Part shown: positions 9,771 to 19,979 of the stretch, one piece after another
How the letters are laid out: every line of letters starts with the position of its first letter
Position numbering within the stretch: position 1 is the first letter of the stretch
NCBI GenBank assembly: GCA_965249555.1
Contig: OZ252243.1
Coordinates: forward strand, 2,048,001-2,112,000
Length of the DNA: 64,000 nt
From: Nitrosopumilus sp.
GTDB lineage: Archaea > Thermoproteota > Nitrososphaeria > Nitrososphaerales > Nitrosopumilaceae
Direction: 5' to 3'
Notes under the pieces: generated by a model
Database searches by the model: none
What the model was told of the DNA's origin: nothing
Seen by the model: only the letters and a program-made list of their open reading frames with translations
Position numbers and translations under genes: made by a program

Positions 9771-9973
9771 TTCTCTTTTTTCATCTCGTTTATTCTAGTT
9801 AGCATTCTTGCAATATCATGACGTAGTGGTTTTAGTTTACCACTTTGTTTTCTTAGTGTACCTTTAGCTCCATCAACTCTAAGTTTTTTAAGCTCACTTC
9901 TTGTCTCTTGAATCTTACTTTTGAGATCTTTTTCGTTTAACTGTTTAATGGTTTTCATACTAAGTCTTGTCAT
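9767..9973 (-). CDS. rpl29: 50S ribosomal protein L29
   Basis: [10 protein letters not shown]; canonical position. Confidence 0.95.
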   Translation of the reverse strand: MTRLSMKTIKQLNEKDLKSKIQETRSELKKLRVDGAKGTLRKQSGKLKPLRHDIARMLTRINEMKKEK

Positions 9974-10992
9974 TTCAATTTGGCCTCTTCTTCCTCTAAT
10001 GTTTCAATACTTTTCATTTTTTCTTCTTCAATAACAATTTGCTCTGTTTCTGATTTTACCTTACTTTTTGCATCATCACTTGTCTTTACTGCATCATCAC
10101 TTGTCTTTACTGCATCATCACTTGTCTTTACTGCATCATCACTTGTCTTTACTGCATCATCACTTGTCTTTACTGCATCATCACTTGTCTTTACTGCATC
10201 ATCACTTGTCTTTACTGCATCATCACTTGTCTTTACTGCATCATCACTTGTCTTTACTGCATCATCACTTGTCTTTACTGCATCATCACTTGTCTTTACT
10301 GCATCATCACTTGTCTTTACTGCATCATCACTTGTCTTTACTGCATCATCACTTGTCTTTACTGTTTTTTCTTCTTGAACTTGTTTTGTCTTCTTTACTT
10401 TTTTATCTTTCATTTCAAATTCCGGAATAAATTTTTCTTTTCTTGCAATTCTAATTCGAATACCAATTAACCCCATTGCAGTTTGTACGTGTGCAATGTC
10501 TTCATCAACAATAATTTCTGCGTGATGTCCTGCTCTTGGTAAAATTCCTGCTGTATGTTTTTCAAATGCTGAACGATCCCCTCTGAGTTTTCCAGAAATT
10601 GTTATTTGAACTCCCATTGCACCGCCTTCCATAATTTGTTTCAATGTCCACATCGTCGCTCTTCTGAATGCAGTCCCTCGCTCAATATGTGATGCCATTC
10701 TATTACACATCACACTTGGAGCTAGTTCCGGTTTCTCAATTTCTACTACTGAAATTTGAGGACTCTTTAATCCAAAATCTGTTTCAAGTTTTTCAGTGAG
10801 GGCTCTGATTCCCGTACCTTTTCTTCCGATAACTATTCCCGGTCTTGTTACATGTAATGCAACTCTTGTACCTGTTGGTGTTTTTGATATCTCTGCATGT
10901 GAAAAACCTGCATCTTTAATTGCTTCTCTTAGATAATCTTTGAGAAGCATCATGTTATAGTTATCTTTGATTACATTTTTGATTGCTGACAT
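9970..10992 (-). CDS. rps3: 30S ribosomal protein S3 with an expanded C-terminal repeat
   Basis: KH motif [20 protein letters not shown]. Confidence 0.97.
   Translation of the reverse strand: MSAIKNVIKDNYNMMLLKDYLREAIKDAGFSHAEISKTPTGTRVALHVTRPGIVIGRKGTGIRALTEKLETDFGLKSPQISVVEIEKPELAPSVMCNRMASHIERGTAFRRATMWTLKQIMEGGAMGVQITISGKLRGDRSAFEKHTAGILPRAGHHAEIIVDEDIAHVQTAMGLIGIRIRIARKEKFIPEFEMKDKKVKKTKQVQEEKTVKTSDDAVKTSDDAVKTSDDAVKTSDDAVKTSDDAVKTSDDAVKTSDDAVKTSDDAVKTSDDAVKTSDDAVKTSDDAVKTSDDAVKTSDDAVKTSDDAKSKVKSETEQIVIEEEKMKSIETLEEEEAKLK
10069..10362 (-). repeat. 14 perfect tandem copies of a 21-bp unit encoding VKTSDDA
   Basis: TGCATCATCACTTGTCTTTAC x14 (294 bp). Confidence 0.95.
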
Positions 10993-10993
10993 T

Positions 10994-11452
10994 CTAAATC
11001 TCCTGAGCTACCAGCTCTACATGAGTCAATACATCGTTCTTTGCAGTTGCTCTTCCCATTGCTCTTGGGATGAATCTTTTTATGGTTACTCCTTTGTGAA
11101 CAGTTGCGTTTACAATTCTTAATCTATCTAAATCCATTCCTTTGTATTCTGCATTTGATTCTAAATTATCTAAAACTTTGATGAACTCTTTTGCTGTTTT
11201 TTGTGGATAACGACCTGACATCATTCCAGGATCTGATTTATGACCTACTTGGTTTTTGAATCGTCTAAATGCAACTGCTCTGTCTTTGTTAATTACTGCT
11301 TGTAAGAAATCTCTTGCTTTTTCAATTGACAATCCCTTGATAGCAACTGCAACTTCACGTGCATGTTTGTGTGAGATGTCTTTTTCTCTTAATGATGAAC
11401 GAACATGTCTTGTTGCATCATAATTTTGGAAAGCGTAATTGAATCTACCCAT
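10994..11452 (-). CDS. rpl22: 50S ribosomal protein L22
   Basis: [23 protein letters not shown]. Confidence 0.97.
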   Translation of the reverse strand: MGRFNYAFQNYDATRHVRSSLREKDISHKHAREVAVAIKGLSIEKARDFLQAVINKDRAVAFRRFKNQVGHKSDPGMMSGRYPQKTAKEFIKVLDNLESNAEYKGMDLDRLRIVNATVHKGVTIKRFIPRAMGRATAKNDVLTHVELVAQEI

Positions 11453-11457
11453 AGCAA

Positions 11458-11853
11458 TCACTTCAATGGCACATAAAGGCTGGATCTTGATGCTCCTACT
11501 CCTGGTGCACCATGTGAGACTTTTTTGTTTGTTATGACATATTCTCCCAAGTAATGACCAATCATTTCTGTTCTAATTACGACTGGTTTGAACTCTTTTC
11601 CTGAAAAAACATTTACTGTAACATCTACCATGTATGGTAGAATGATCAAATCTCTTAGGTGAGTTTTGATGGGATTCTTTAATTTTCCTGCCTTTGCAGC
11701 CTTTATCTCTTCGATTAATTTTCTTTTTCCATCATTAATACCTCTGGTAAGAGATCTTCTTTGTCTAGAGTTGAATAATAAAAATAATTTCTCTAAAGAT
11801 GTATTTTCTAATTCCTCTTTTGGAATTCCTCTGTATAAAAATTCTTTAACCAT
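11458..11853 (-). CDS. rps19: 30S ribosomal protein S19
   Basis: IKTHLRD, EMIGHYLGE, GASRSSLYVPLK. Confidence 0.97.
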   Translation of the reverse strand: MVKEFLYRGIPKEELENTSLEKLFLLFNSRQRRSLTRGINDGKRKLIEEIKAAKAGKLKNPIKTHLRDLIILPYMVDVTVNVFSGKEFKPVVIRTEMIGHYLGEYVITNKKVSHGAPGVGASRSSLYVPLK

Positions 11854-11897
11854 CTTTCTTCTCCTCTGTTAATGTACTTCGAGTTTTATGGTCCATA

Positions 11898-12164
11898 TTA
11901 TAGCATTCCTATCTTTGTTGCCAAATCCCTAGCTTTTGCTGTATTTTCAAACTGAACAAATGCTTTTTTGCCATAAATTGTTCTTGCGGTGTTGACATTG
12001 GTAACGTTTTCATTGTAAAGTGTTTTTACAGCCTCAGCAATTTGTGGTTTGCTTGCTGAAATCTCTACAATGAAACAAATTTTACTTTCATTTTCTACCA
12101 TTGCAAAAGTTTTTTCTGTAATGTATGGTTTAACAATAATTCTACTTGCCTGTTCTACATTCAT
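11898..12164 (-). CDS. rpl23: 50S ribosomal protein L23
   Basis: PYITEK, GKKAFV. Confidence 0.96.
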   Translation of the reverse strand: MNVEQASRIIVKPYITEKTFAMVENESKICFIVEISASKPQIAEAVKTLYNENVTNVNTARTIYGKKAFVQFENTAKARDLATKIGML

Positions 12165-12976
12165 TGTGTTTTCACCATTAACTCCAGATGTGTTGATTTG
12201 ATTTTTCCAATTTCTGTTATTGCTGATTTGGAATATACTGTTAATCTAATTGGATCCGATCCTGGAGCCAAATCTAATACGCTTAGATCTTTGACATTTT
12301 TTGCCTCTACGCCCGGAAGTGCCCCTATTGCTTTTCTCAAGTTTGAAGAATCCATTGTTACAAACAATATACTCTTTCCAACTTTCTTACTTCTTCCTCT
12401 AAGTCTTGATTGCCCAGAACGTACTTTTCTTGATTCTAATCTTTTAACGTCTTGCGATAGGTTTAGTGAATCCAACACTTTGGTGATTTCACTTGTTTTA
12501 GAAATTGATTCTATATCGTCTGACACTATAATTGGAAATGATTCAATACCTTCAACTTTGTGACCACGTGATTCTACAAGATCTTTTGATGCCGTAGCTG
12601 CAATTGCAGAACACAATGCAAGCTTTTTTTCTTTTTTGTTTAATTTCTTGTAAATTACCTTCCCTACGATAGGTGGATGTGCTTGTCTTCCTCCTCTAGT
12701 TGATGCAACTTCTGCACCTTGGCCTGATCTTCCTCCTCCTCCTCCGGTTGCTCGGGCTACACGAGATACACCTTGACCTGTTGGAGGATTATTTGAGTCT
12801 GCTACTACATCTTGACCTGCGGTTGGATGTCTTCCTTGTGGTTGGAATTTATGCGATGTTAAATTAGTGAAAGCCTTGTGAATCAATTCTCTTCTAAATG
12901 GAGTTGAAAATATTATTGGAAGTTCTACTTCTCCATCTTTTGTTCCAGTAGTTGTGTATGCTGCAGTCTTCATCAT
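12161..12976 (-). CDS. rpl4: 50S ribosomal protein L4
   Basis: TRGGRQAHPP, LDLAPG. Confidence 0.96.
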   Translation of the reverse strand: MMKTAAYTTTGTKDGEVELPIIFSTPFRRELIHKAFTNLTSHKFQPQGRHPTAGQDVVADSNNPPTGQGVSRVARATGGGGGRSGQGAEVASTRGGRQAHPPIVGKVIYKKLNKKEKKLALCSAIAATASKDLVESRGHKVEGIESFPIIVSDDIESISKTSEITKVLDSLNLSQDVKRLESRKVRSGQSRLRGRSKKVGKSILFVTMDSSNLRKAIGALPGVEAKNVKDLSVLDLAPGSDPIRLTVYSKSAITEIGKIKSTHLELMVKTQ

Positions 12977-13965
12977 ACTACTACCTCCAAAATGTTTGGT
13001 TTGTTAACTTTGACTGGTGCATTTCTAATCTGACTTCGTAGTTTAATCAATCTTCTATATGTTCCTGGAACTGAACCTTTTAGAACAATAAAATCTCCTT
13101 TCACTAATCCAAAGTGTTTGTATCCTCCATCTGGATTTATTTTAATTTGATCATCATTTGTATTACCTATTATCATAATTCGTTTATCATATTCAGTTCT
13201 TTGATGGAATCCCATTTGTCCTGCTCTTGGAACAGTATACATGACACTTTGTGGAGATATTGGACCAAGTGAACCTACTTCTCTAACTGTTTTTCTTGAT
13301 TTGTGTTGTTTCTTTTTTACTCCCCATCTTTGTATAACACCTTGCCATCCTTTGCCTTTAGTAATTGCTGCAACATCTACTGTTGAACCAATTTCAAAAA
13401 TTTGATCAATTTTGATTTCTTTTCCAAGTAACTCTTTAACATGGTTGAATTGTTTTTCTATATCCCCACCACTAACTGAAGCTTCAAAAATATATGGTTT
13501 CTTTTGTTCTAATCCTGCTGAACGCGGAGAAACTGCAACGATTGCAAATATTTCTTTAATTTTTCTTAATCTTTTTCCTGCATTTTCTAATGCTCCTTCT
13601 TTATTTTTTAATTTAATTTCTTTTGCAATATGTTTTGGAATGTCTTCTGCATATACATCAAATTCTGCATGTAATCCATCATGATCTTTTGAATACCCTC
13701 TAATTCCTAAAATTAGTACTGGTGGAGTTACTAAGACTGTTCCAAGACTAACAAGTTGTTTTCCTGCATTTGGAGTCTTTTCACGATCGTCAATACTCAC
13801 AATCTGTACGCATCCTGCTTTGAATCCGCAATGAGCTAAAATCTTTGGTTCTTCTGTGTCTAATTTTGGCCATGCTCTAATTCTTGCTTCCATGCTTTTG
13901 GCACGTCCTCTTGGTGAGTATGCAAGGCTTCCTCTACGTGGTGAATGGCGTTTTCGAGCTCCCAT
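12973..13965 (-). CDS. rpl3: 50S ribosomal protein L3
   Basis: PRRGSLAYSPR, TKGKGWQG, RAGQMGFHQRTE. Confidence 0.97.
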   Translation of the reverse strand: MGARKRHSPRRGSLAYSPRGRAKSMEARIRAWPKLDTEEPKILAHCGFKAGCVQIVSIDDREKTPNAGKQLVSLGTVLVTPPVLILGIRGYSKDHDGLHAEFDVYAEDIPKHIAKEIKLKNKEGALENAGKRLRKIKEIFAIVAVSPRSAGLEQKKPYIFEASVSGGDIEKQFNHVKELLGKEIKIDQIFEIGSTVDVAAITKGKGWQGVIQRWGVKKKQHKSRKTVREVGSLGPISPQSVMYTVPRAGQMGFHQRTEYDKRIMIIGNTNDDQIKINPDGGYKHFGLVKGDFIVLKGSVPGTYRRLIKLRSQIRNAPVKVNKPNILEVVV

Positions 13966-14059
13966 GGTTAAGTCGCATCATCGATTTCCCTCTATTAAAC
14001 CATATGAGATATCGTTAACCACTTAGGAAATCTTGGTTAACAATCTATTTGTTAAATTG

Positions 14060-14170
14060 TTATAGATTTAACAAATCTATTATCACATTCCAAACGGTAA
14101 TTCCGCCAATAATAATTCCTATCACTCCCATCCCAATTGCCAATAGTAAGAAATTTTTTCTCTCTGCCAT
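14060..14170 (-). CDS. 36-aa single-TM protein
   Basis: MAERKNFLLLAIGMGVIGIIIGG...; starts 1 bp after the upstream stop. Confidence 0.55.
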   Translation of the reverse strand: MAERKNFLLLAIGMGVIGIIIGGITVWNVIIDLLNL

Positions 14171-14171
14171 G

Positions 14172-14984
14172 TTATGATGTTCTTTGAGCATTAATTATTG
14201 CTAGTGTTCCTAATAGTGCTTCTTCTAGACGTACAGTTTGAGTAGCCTGATCTGGAAAAAAGTTTAGAATCTTTGCATTTTGCACATTTTTCATTTTTCC
14301 TCGAAGGATCTCATGAACTCCTTTTTCAGGTGAACCAAATACTATCAGTGTTGGTTGATCTGATTTTGTATATTTAGAAACCTGCTCTTTTGTTGCAGTT
14401 TTTCCTTTTCTAGATGTGATGATAATGTTTCCTTTCCACTCATTTAATAGTGAAAACAAGTTTGCTCGCTCTTTGACTGAATATCCCCAATACTCTTGCA
14501 CTTCATTCTTATCAATTTCTTTTACTGAAAATCTAGGATGACCCTCTTTGAATTGAACTGTGACTCTTTTTCCTACTGAAGTCTTACCAAAAAACTGTAC
14601 TAGTTGATTTATTCCAACATCTACAAATCTTTTTCCTTTTATACTAACTACAATCCCTTCTCTGACATCCCCTCTATTGATGTTTTTTGAATTTGCTGGT
14701 GTGATGTGACTAGGAATTTTTAATGGCTGAAGTACTCCTGCAAATTTCAAGTCATTCATTTTAGGAAATAATCTTCTTCTCAAAAATTGAGGTGTTTCTA
14801 AATATTTTAGAATCATCACAAGTAGACTTCCATCCTGTTTATTGTCTCCATCTTGATACACATAGATTGTTTCTATTTTGAAAATAGAGCATGCCCTTGC
14901 TAAAACTGATATTTTTCTAGTTTTGTCTATCTTTAGTGAATCATCAGATAGTGCTGATTCGGGAATGGCTACTGATAATTTCAA
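14172..14984 (-). CDS. SPOUT RNA methyltransferase (DUF171 type)
   Basis: YLETPQFLRR, FGSPEKG, QATQTVRLEEA. Confidence 0.9.
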   Translation of the reverse strand: MKLSVAIPESALSDDSLKIDKTRKISVLARACSIFKIETIYVYQDGDNKQDGSLLVMILKYLETPQFLRRRLFPKMNDLKFAGVLQPLKIPSHITPANSKNINRGDVREGIVVSIKGKRFVDVGINQLVQFFGKTSVGKRVTVQFKEGHPRFSVKEIDKNEVQEYWGYSVKERANLFSLLNEWKGNIIITSRKGKTATKEQVSKYTKSDQPTLIVFGSPEKGVHEILRGKMKNVQNAKILNFFPDQATQTVRLEEALLGTLAIINAQRTS

Positions 14985-15016
14985 TGTAATTTTATCTCAC
15001 AAGCAGTTAAAAGTAA

Positions 15017-15754
15017 TTATTTTTGATCGTGTGGGTATTTCTCTTTTGCAGTCTTTGCATAGTTTGCTATCTGCTCCTTAGAAATTATTTCATACTCACC
15101 TGTTTCTGTTTTTATTTGTGCCATTCTAATATGATCCATTCCTTCTTTATCTTCACTTGATAGATAAATTCCTGCTGTAGCTAATACTGCGGCATCCTCT
15201 AATGAAAGATCATTTTTGTAAGTTTTTTCTAAAAAGTCAGTTACTTGATCCGAACTTGCTCCAATTGCAATTGCATCATATGAGATGTATGTTCCACTAG
15301 GATCAGTTAGATACAACTGTGGTGTTTTGTTTATTACTCCACCTAGAATAAGTGCAACACCAAAAGGTCTTACACCTGCATATTGTGTGTATTGTTGACA
15401 TTGGTCAGCTAAATGCTTTGCAATTGCTTCAACTTCAACTGGTTCATCATAAATCATTTTGTTACTTTGAGAAAAGAATCTTGCATTGTCTACTTGGCTT
15501 CTTGCATCTGGGATATATCCTGCTGCTGCAACTCCAACATGATCATCAATTTGGAAAATCTTTTGTGCTGTTTCAGAAATTTGTAATTTTCTTGGTTTTT
15601 CTTCAACTGCAATAACTATTCCATCTTTACATTTTACACCAACTGCGATTGTGCCTCTTCTTACAGTTTCAATAGCATACTCTACTTGGTAAAGTCTACC
15701 ATCTGGTGAAAATACTGTAATTGCTCTATCGTAACCTTGTTGTGCAGGAAGCAT
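15017..15754 (-). CDS. psmA: Proteasome alpha subunit
   Basis: YDRAITVFSPDGRLYQVEYA, RPFGV, TDPSG. Confidence 0.97.
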   Translation of the reverse strand: MLPAQQGYDRAITVFSPDGRLYQVEYAIETVRRGTIAVGVKCKDGIVIAVEEKPRKLQISETAQKIFQIDDHVGVAAAGYIPDARSQVDNARFFSQSNKMIYDEPVEVEAIAKHLADQCQQYTQYAGVRPFGVALILGGVINKTPQLYLTDPSGTYISYDAIAIGASSDQVTDFLEKTYKNDLSLEDAAVLATAGIYLSSEDKEGMDHIRMAQIKTETGEYEIISKEQIANYAKTAKEKYPHDQK

Positions 15755-15903
15755 TTGATTCCAATGCTTAGAATGTACAATTTAAACTGTACCCATTATT
15801 GGAAAAAATTGCTACTTTGATCGAAGCCTAAGACATTGGTGTATTTTTGTAAATTATGCCATCTTTCATGAAAGCTTATTTGCAACTGAATTATTGTGGA
15901 TTT

Positions 15904-16320
15904 ATGAAATTTGAAATTGAATTTTTTGGACATGAAAATATTAGATCAAACCATCAAAAGACTATCGAGATTACAAAAGAATCTCATTTAACACCTCAAG
16001 GAGATTGTATAATTGGTATCAATGCAACTTCAAGTTGTGCTGATTTACCTCAAGAGTTAAAAGATAAACTCAAAACATCTGATACCAAAATAATTTTTTC
16101 AATTAGTGTAGGTAAACATGAATTTCTAATAGAGGGAAAAGGTCATCCTGATCTAATACTTACCCATTCTGAAGATATTGTAATTAGAAAAAGTGATTTT
16201 ATTTGTCCAAGAACGTTGGCCATTAATTGTGATAAGGCATCTGATTTCTTACCACGAGAGATGGTTTCATTATTACAGAATCCTAAAACAAAAGGTGTCT
16301 TTACTATAACCGTAGACTAG
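15904..16320 (+). CDS. DUF371 family protein
   Basis: GHENIRSNH..TIEITKE..LTPQGDCIIG, IVIRKS. Confidence 0.9.
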   Translation: MKFEIEFFGHENIRSNHQKTIEITKESHLTPQGDCIIGINATSSCADLPQELKDKLKTSDTKIIFSISVGKHEFLIEGKGHPDLILTHSEDIVIRKSDFICPRTLAINCDKASDFLPREMVSLLQNPKTKGVFTITVD

Positions 16321-16359
16321 TACTGTGACAATTTTATAGGCGTATATCTAATTTTGATT

Positions 16360-16479
16360 ATGGGTCGTAAAACTAACATTTTCATTTTGATCCCATTAGC
16401 AGCTTTTGCAACAATAATTCTTGGATTTGGGATGTACAACACATTATGCAAAAACTCTGAGATTCCTTTACCTTGTTAA
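16360..16479 (+). CDS. 39-aa single-TM protein
   Basis: MGRKTNIFILIPLAAFATIILGFGMY... read manually. Confidence 0.5.
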   Translation: MGRKTNIFILIPLAAFATIILGFGMYNTLCKNSEIPLPC

Positions 16480-16567
16480 CATTTGTCAAATATTCTCTGA
16501 TTATTTCTTGTTTTAGTTAATTCTGGTTTAGCAAGATTCTCTTAAAGTATAAGCCATTAGAATTTTC

Positions 16568-16909
16568 ATGGTAAAACCAATAGTAGAATTACCAATTTCT
16601 AAAAAACCTACCGATGCGGAACTCAAAAAACTCAAAGAATATTTCAAAGAAATGCCAGTTGCTGAGATCCTTTCAGGACTAAAATTTGCAAAGAATAGAT
16701 GGTCTGCAAAAGATGCTGGAACTCTAAAGGTGGGAAGGAAAAGCATTATTCAAAAAGAGGTTCATTCTGTTACTACTGAGCAAGCTCAATGGAGATTAAA
16801 GAATTGGAAGATGATGATAGCAAATTATCGTAGACGTGGATACAGTTATCCTACAATTTCTAGAATAAAGAAAATTCTTGTTCAGAAAAGTAAAAAGAAA
16901 TCTAAGTAA
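16568..16909 (+). CDS. Conserved basic hypothetical protein
   Basis: 113-aa ORF; possible C-terminal HTH (GYSYPTISRI). Confidence 0.7.
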   Translation: MVKPIVELPISKKPTDAELKKLKEYFKEMPVAEILSGLKFAKNRWSAKDAGTLKVGRKSIIQKEVHSVTTEQAQWRLKNWKMMIANYRRRGYSYPTISRIKKILVQKSKKKSK

Positions 16910-17264
16910 ATTGGAGATTCCATTGATGAGACCATTTACGAATAAAGTACACTGTTATTGAAAATTCTACTATTATCATCATCAAAAATGATGGCAAACC
17001 AAGTTGATGGTCTGTACGTAACATCATTTCTACCCAATCAATATCCAAATTTTCTGCAGTTTGTCCTCCTCCTATGAACATTCTGTCTGAGTTATATTCA
17101 GGAATCAATGCCATGTGAATTCCGGCTAATGATAGTTCTACAATAATCACAATAAGCAAATATTTTCTGAATTTTTTGATATGATATGCTGCATACCAAT
17201 TCATAATTGGAATAAAACAGTAAATTGTTTGTCTTGTTAAGCTTACAGGACCATCAGCCGGCAT
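16902..17264 (-). CDS. Membrane protein
   Basis: Hydrophobic segments. Confidence 0.7.
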   Translation of the reverse strand: MPADGPVSLTRQTIYCFIPIMNWYAAYHIKKFRKYLLIVIIVELSLAGIHMALIPEYNSDRMFIGGGQTAENLDIDWVEMMLRTDHQLGLPSFLMMIIVEFSITVYFIRKWSHQWNLQFT

Positions 17265-17323
17265 AAATCACAAAAATTCTGATTGTTAATTAGTATTGCT
17301 AATGACTTTGTAAAAACAAAATT

Positions 17324-17974
17324 CTATAATAAAATGTCTGATCTCTTCTCAGCTATTTGTTGTTTGAGACTATCAGGAATTTCTGGAATTGTTGATTTGG
17401 TCTGACCTGCAATTACACTGTGTGCCTCTTCTAGAATTGCTAGCGTATCTGCATTTGTCTCAGCACCAATACTGATACCATCGCCCATAGCTAATGATGA
17501 ACCTGACATTACATCACCAAGTATTTTTGATAAATCTTGCATAGAAGCATTTGCCTCCGGCATAATTCCTTTTAGTGATGGAGCTAGTCCTCTGATAATT
17601 GACATACATGGGCTCAGTGTTACTACTACATCACCAAGTTCTGATACTGTATCTAGTCTAAGTTTGATCTGTTCCATAGATAATTTTGCACCACTTACCA
17701 TATTTTTCATCTTTCTAACCTGAGTCAGTTCTCCTGCATATGCATGAGCATAACCTGTTTTGTTATTTCTTTGAGCATTTACAATCTTCTCAAAGATTGT
17801 ATCGTGTTTTTTCTGTAATTTTTCATTAATTACTTCTAATTTTGAAATCTGAAATTGTAATTTTTTTTGTGCAAAATCAATTTTGTTTTTAATTGGTTTC
17901 TCAGGCTTTACCTTACCAATTACTCTCTGAGATATGCTTTCTCCTTCTCCTTTGTTCCAAGAGTTGCTTAACAT
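17324..17974 (-). CDS. ESCRT-III/Snf7 (CdvB-like) paralog
   Basis: YAGELTQVRKM, LSMEQIKLRLDTVSELGDVVVTLSP. Confidence 0.9.
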   Translation of the reverse strand: MLSNSWNKGEGESISQRVIGKVKPEKPIKNKIDFAQKKLQFQISKLEVINEKLQKKHDTIFEKIVNAQRNNKTGYAHAYAGELTQVRKMKNMVSGAKLSMEQIKLRLDTVSELGDVVVTLSPCMSIIRGLAPSLKGIMPEANASMQDLSKILGDVMSGSSLAMGDGISIGAETNADTLAILEEAHSVIAGQTKSTIPEIPDSLKQQIAEKRSDILL

Positions 17975-18068
17975 GCCTTAATTTACCTAGTCTCTCTCAA
18001 AATTTTTGTTTTAAACAGATTTGTCACTGCATCTAGTGTCACTGGAGTGACAACGGGGAATGGTTACA

Positions 18069-19178
18069 CTATCCAAAGGTAAATGTGAATATCTGAAATC
18101 CTTTATCTTCAATCTGTATTTCTAATAAGTGCGATTCACTATTTTTACTGCTTATAATGTTGTATAGATCAGGCTCTGAGACTATCAACATATTTCCAGA
18201 TGTAATATCATCTCCTGAATACTTTGCAGGAATTGGTTTCCCATCAAGAAATATTTTTAATTCTGCAACATTGTCTGTCACTATGTTTACTTGTTTTGCG
18301 TTGTATCTCAACTTGATGGTTCCAGTATCTGATACTAATTCCATACTGTCTTCATAATTCCTCCAATCCCCTGTCAGGTAGAATTTATGCAAGTCTGTTT
18401 TACCTGATTCTAAATATGTAACAGTTTTTCCTAGATTAAATCCTTCTTCACTTCCTAATTGATTTCTACTTTGTGCAAATTTGTAACCAAAGTATAATTC
18501 AGGTGTTCTAAACATTGAATGTTCAAATTCATCAATGTCTACAAGTGATGCAGCTGAAGCCATCTGAATTCCAAGTGATGCAGCTCTTTCATCTAAAAGT
18601 TGTTGAATAATTTTTTCAGTTTCTTGATATCCCCCTTCTCCAATATGATCATATCTGATGTATCCTTCATGGTCTGCAATGTATTTTCTTGGCCAGTATC
18701 TATTTTCAAATGCCTTCCATGTCTCCATATCGTTATCCAAAATAACAGGATAACTAATACCGTATTTTTCTATTGCCATCTTGACATTCTCAGGATCTTT
18801 TTCAAATTCAAATTCTGGAGAATGAATTCCAATGATTAACAATCCTTGGTCTGCATATTTGTCATCCCATGCAGTGATGTATGGAAGTGTTCTAATGCAA
18901 TTAATACAACTGTATGTCCAAATGTCATAAAGTATCACTTTATCTTTGATCTTTTCGCTTAATTCTTCAGGTGTGGTGTTGAGATAATGGGCAATTCCAA
19001 CTAAATCTGGGGCTGTCTTGAATCTTGATTTATCAATTTTAACCATTGAATTTTCTTCAGATGTAATATTTGCTGACTCAAATTTTTCATCAAATGACGA
19101 AAAAATCATGCTCGTTATTCCTAATCCTGTGACAATTACAATTCCTAAGATTAACGCTGTTTTTATTTCTGATTTCAT
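18069..19178 (-). CDS. Membrane-anchored redoxin (DipZ C-terminal-like)
   Basis: WTYSCINC, IHSPEFEFEK, NRYWP, TPELY. Confidence 0.92.
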   Translation of the reverse strand: MKSEIKTALILGIVIVTGLGITSMIFSSFDEKFESANITSEENSMVKIDKSRFKTAPDLVGIAHYLNTTPEELSEKIKDKVILYDIWTYSCINCIRTLPYITAWDDKYADQGLLIIGIHSPEFEFEKDPENVKMAIEKYGISYPVILDNDMETWKAFENRYWPRKYIADHEGYIRYDHIGEGGYQETEKIIQQLLDERAASLGIQMASAASLVDIDEFEHSMFRTPELYFGYKFAQSRNQLGSEEGFNLGKTVTYLESGKTDLHKFYLTGDWRNYEDSMELVSDTGTIKLRYNAKQVNIVTDNVAELKIFLDGKPIPAKYSGDDITSGNMLIVSEPDLYNIISSKNSESHLLEIQIEDKGFQIFTFTFG

Positions 19179-19182
19179 TTAA

Positions 19183-19914
19183 TCACCCTAGTAACACCAA
19201 ATCATTAAGAAGTGGGAAATTTGCAATGTATGCAAGTTGATTTGTAAATACTAGAATTCCTAAAATGATGATGAATGCACCCAAGATTACGTTGTAGTAT
19301 TTGAGATGTTTAGACATTGAACGAATTAGTCTTGTGGCTCTTGAGAAAAAGACACCCATTAAGATGAATGGAATTCCTAGACCTAATGAATATGCAAGTA
19401 ATAAGCTAAATGAAAGAGATGGAGTGGTAGCTGCTAAAGTAAGTATTGTTCCAAGTATTGGCCCAACACATGGAGTCCATCCTACTGCAAAAGCTAAACC
19501 AAATACAAATGACATTGGATAGCTTGACTTTGAACTTTTTGGAAAGAATTTTTTCTCTATATTTAATGAACGAATTTTTGTAGATAACAACATAAAAATC
19601 CCAAAAGAAATAATAATTATTCCACCTACAAAATTAAGACTCTCTGTAAATTCACTAGCAGCGTTAGAAAGAACACTGTTAATCAAAACTCCTAAAATAG
19701 AAAATACTATTGAAAATCCCAAGACAAAAAATACGGTATTTAGTACAATGTTTAATCGATTAATAGTAAGGACAGATCCGCTTTTAGAGCCAAGTTCTGT
19801 AACAGTTGTTCCTGATATGTATGCAAGAAAAGCTGGAATCATTGGGAGAATACAGGGAGCAATAAATGAACCTAGGCCAGCAAGTAATGCTACAAATATT
19901 GTAGGATCTGCCAT
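19183..19914 (-). CDS. ccdA: CcdA/DsbD-type thiol-disulfide transporter
   Basis: PCILP and GWTPCVGP; multiple TM segments. Confidence 0.92.
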   Translation of the reverse strand: MADPTIFVALLAGLGSFIAPCILPMIPAFLAYISGTTVTELGSKSGSVLTINRLNIVLNTVFFVLGFSIVFSILGVLINSVLSNAASEFTESLNFVGGIIIISFGIFMLLSTKIRSLNIEKKFFPKSSKSSYPMSFVFGLAFAVGWTPCVGPILGTILTLAATTPSLSFSLLLAYSLGLGIPFILMGVFFSRATRLIRSMSKHLKYYNVILGAFIIILGILVFTNQLAYIANFPLLNDLVLLG

Positions 19915-19979
19915 GCGTTAAAATTGCAATTTTTCCTTTAAAGCATTCTTCCATATTATTACCTAATACAATGTATGTA

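Noticed and set aside
9980-10430. Plus-strand ORFs (ASSLVFT)n and (HHHLSLL)n
   Set aside because: Antisense shadows of the rps3 tandem repeat
11853-11898. Absence of rpl2 between rpl23 and rps19
   Set aside because: Rearranged clusters are common in TACK archaea and there is no remnant suggesting loss
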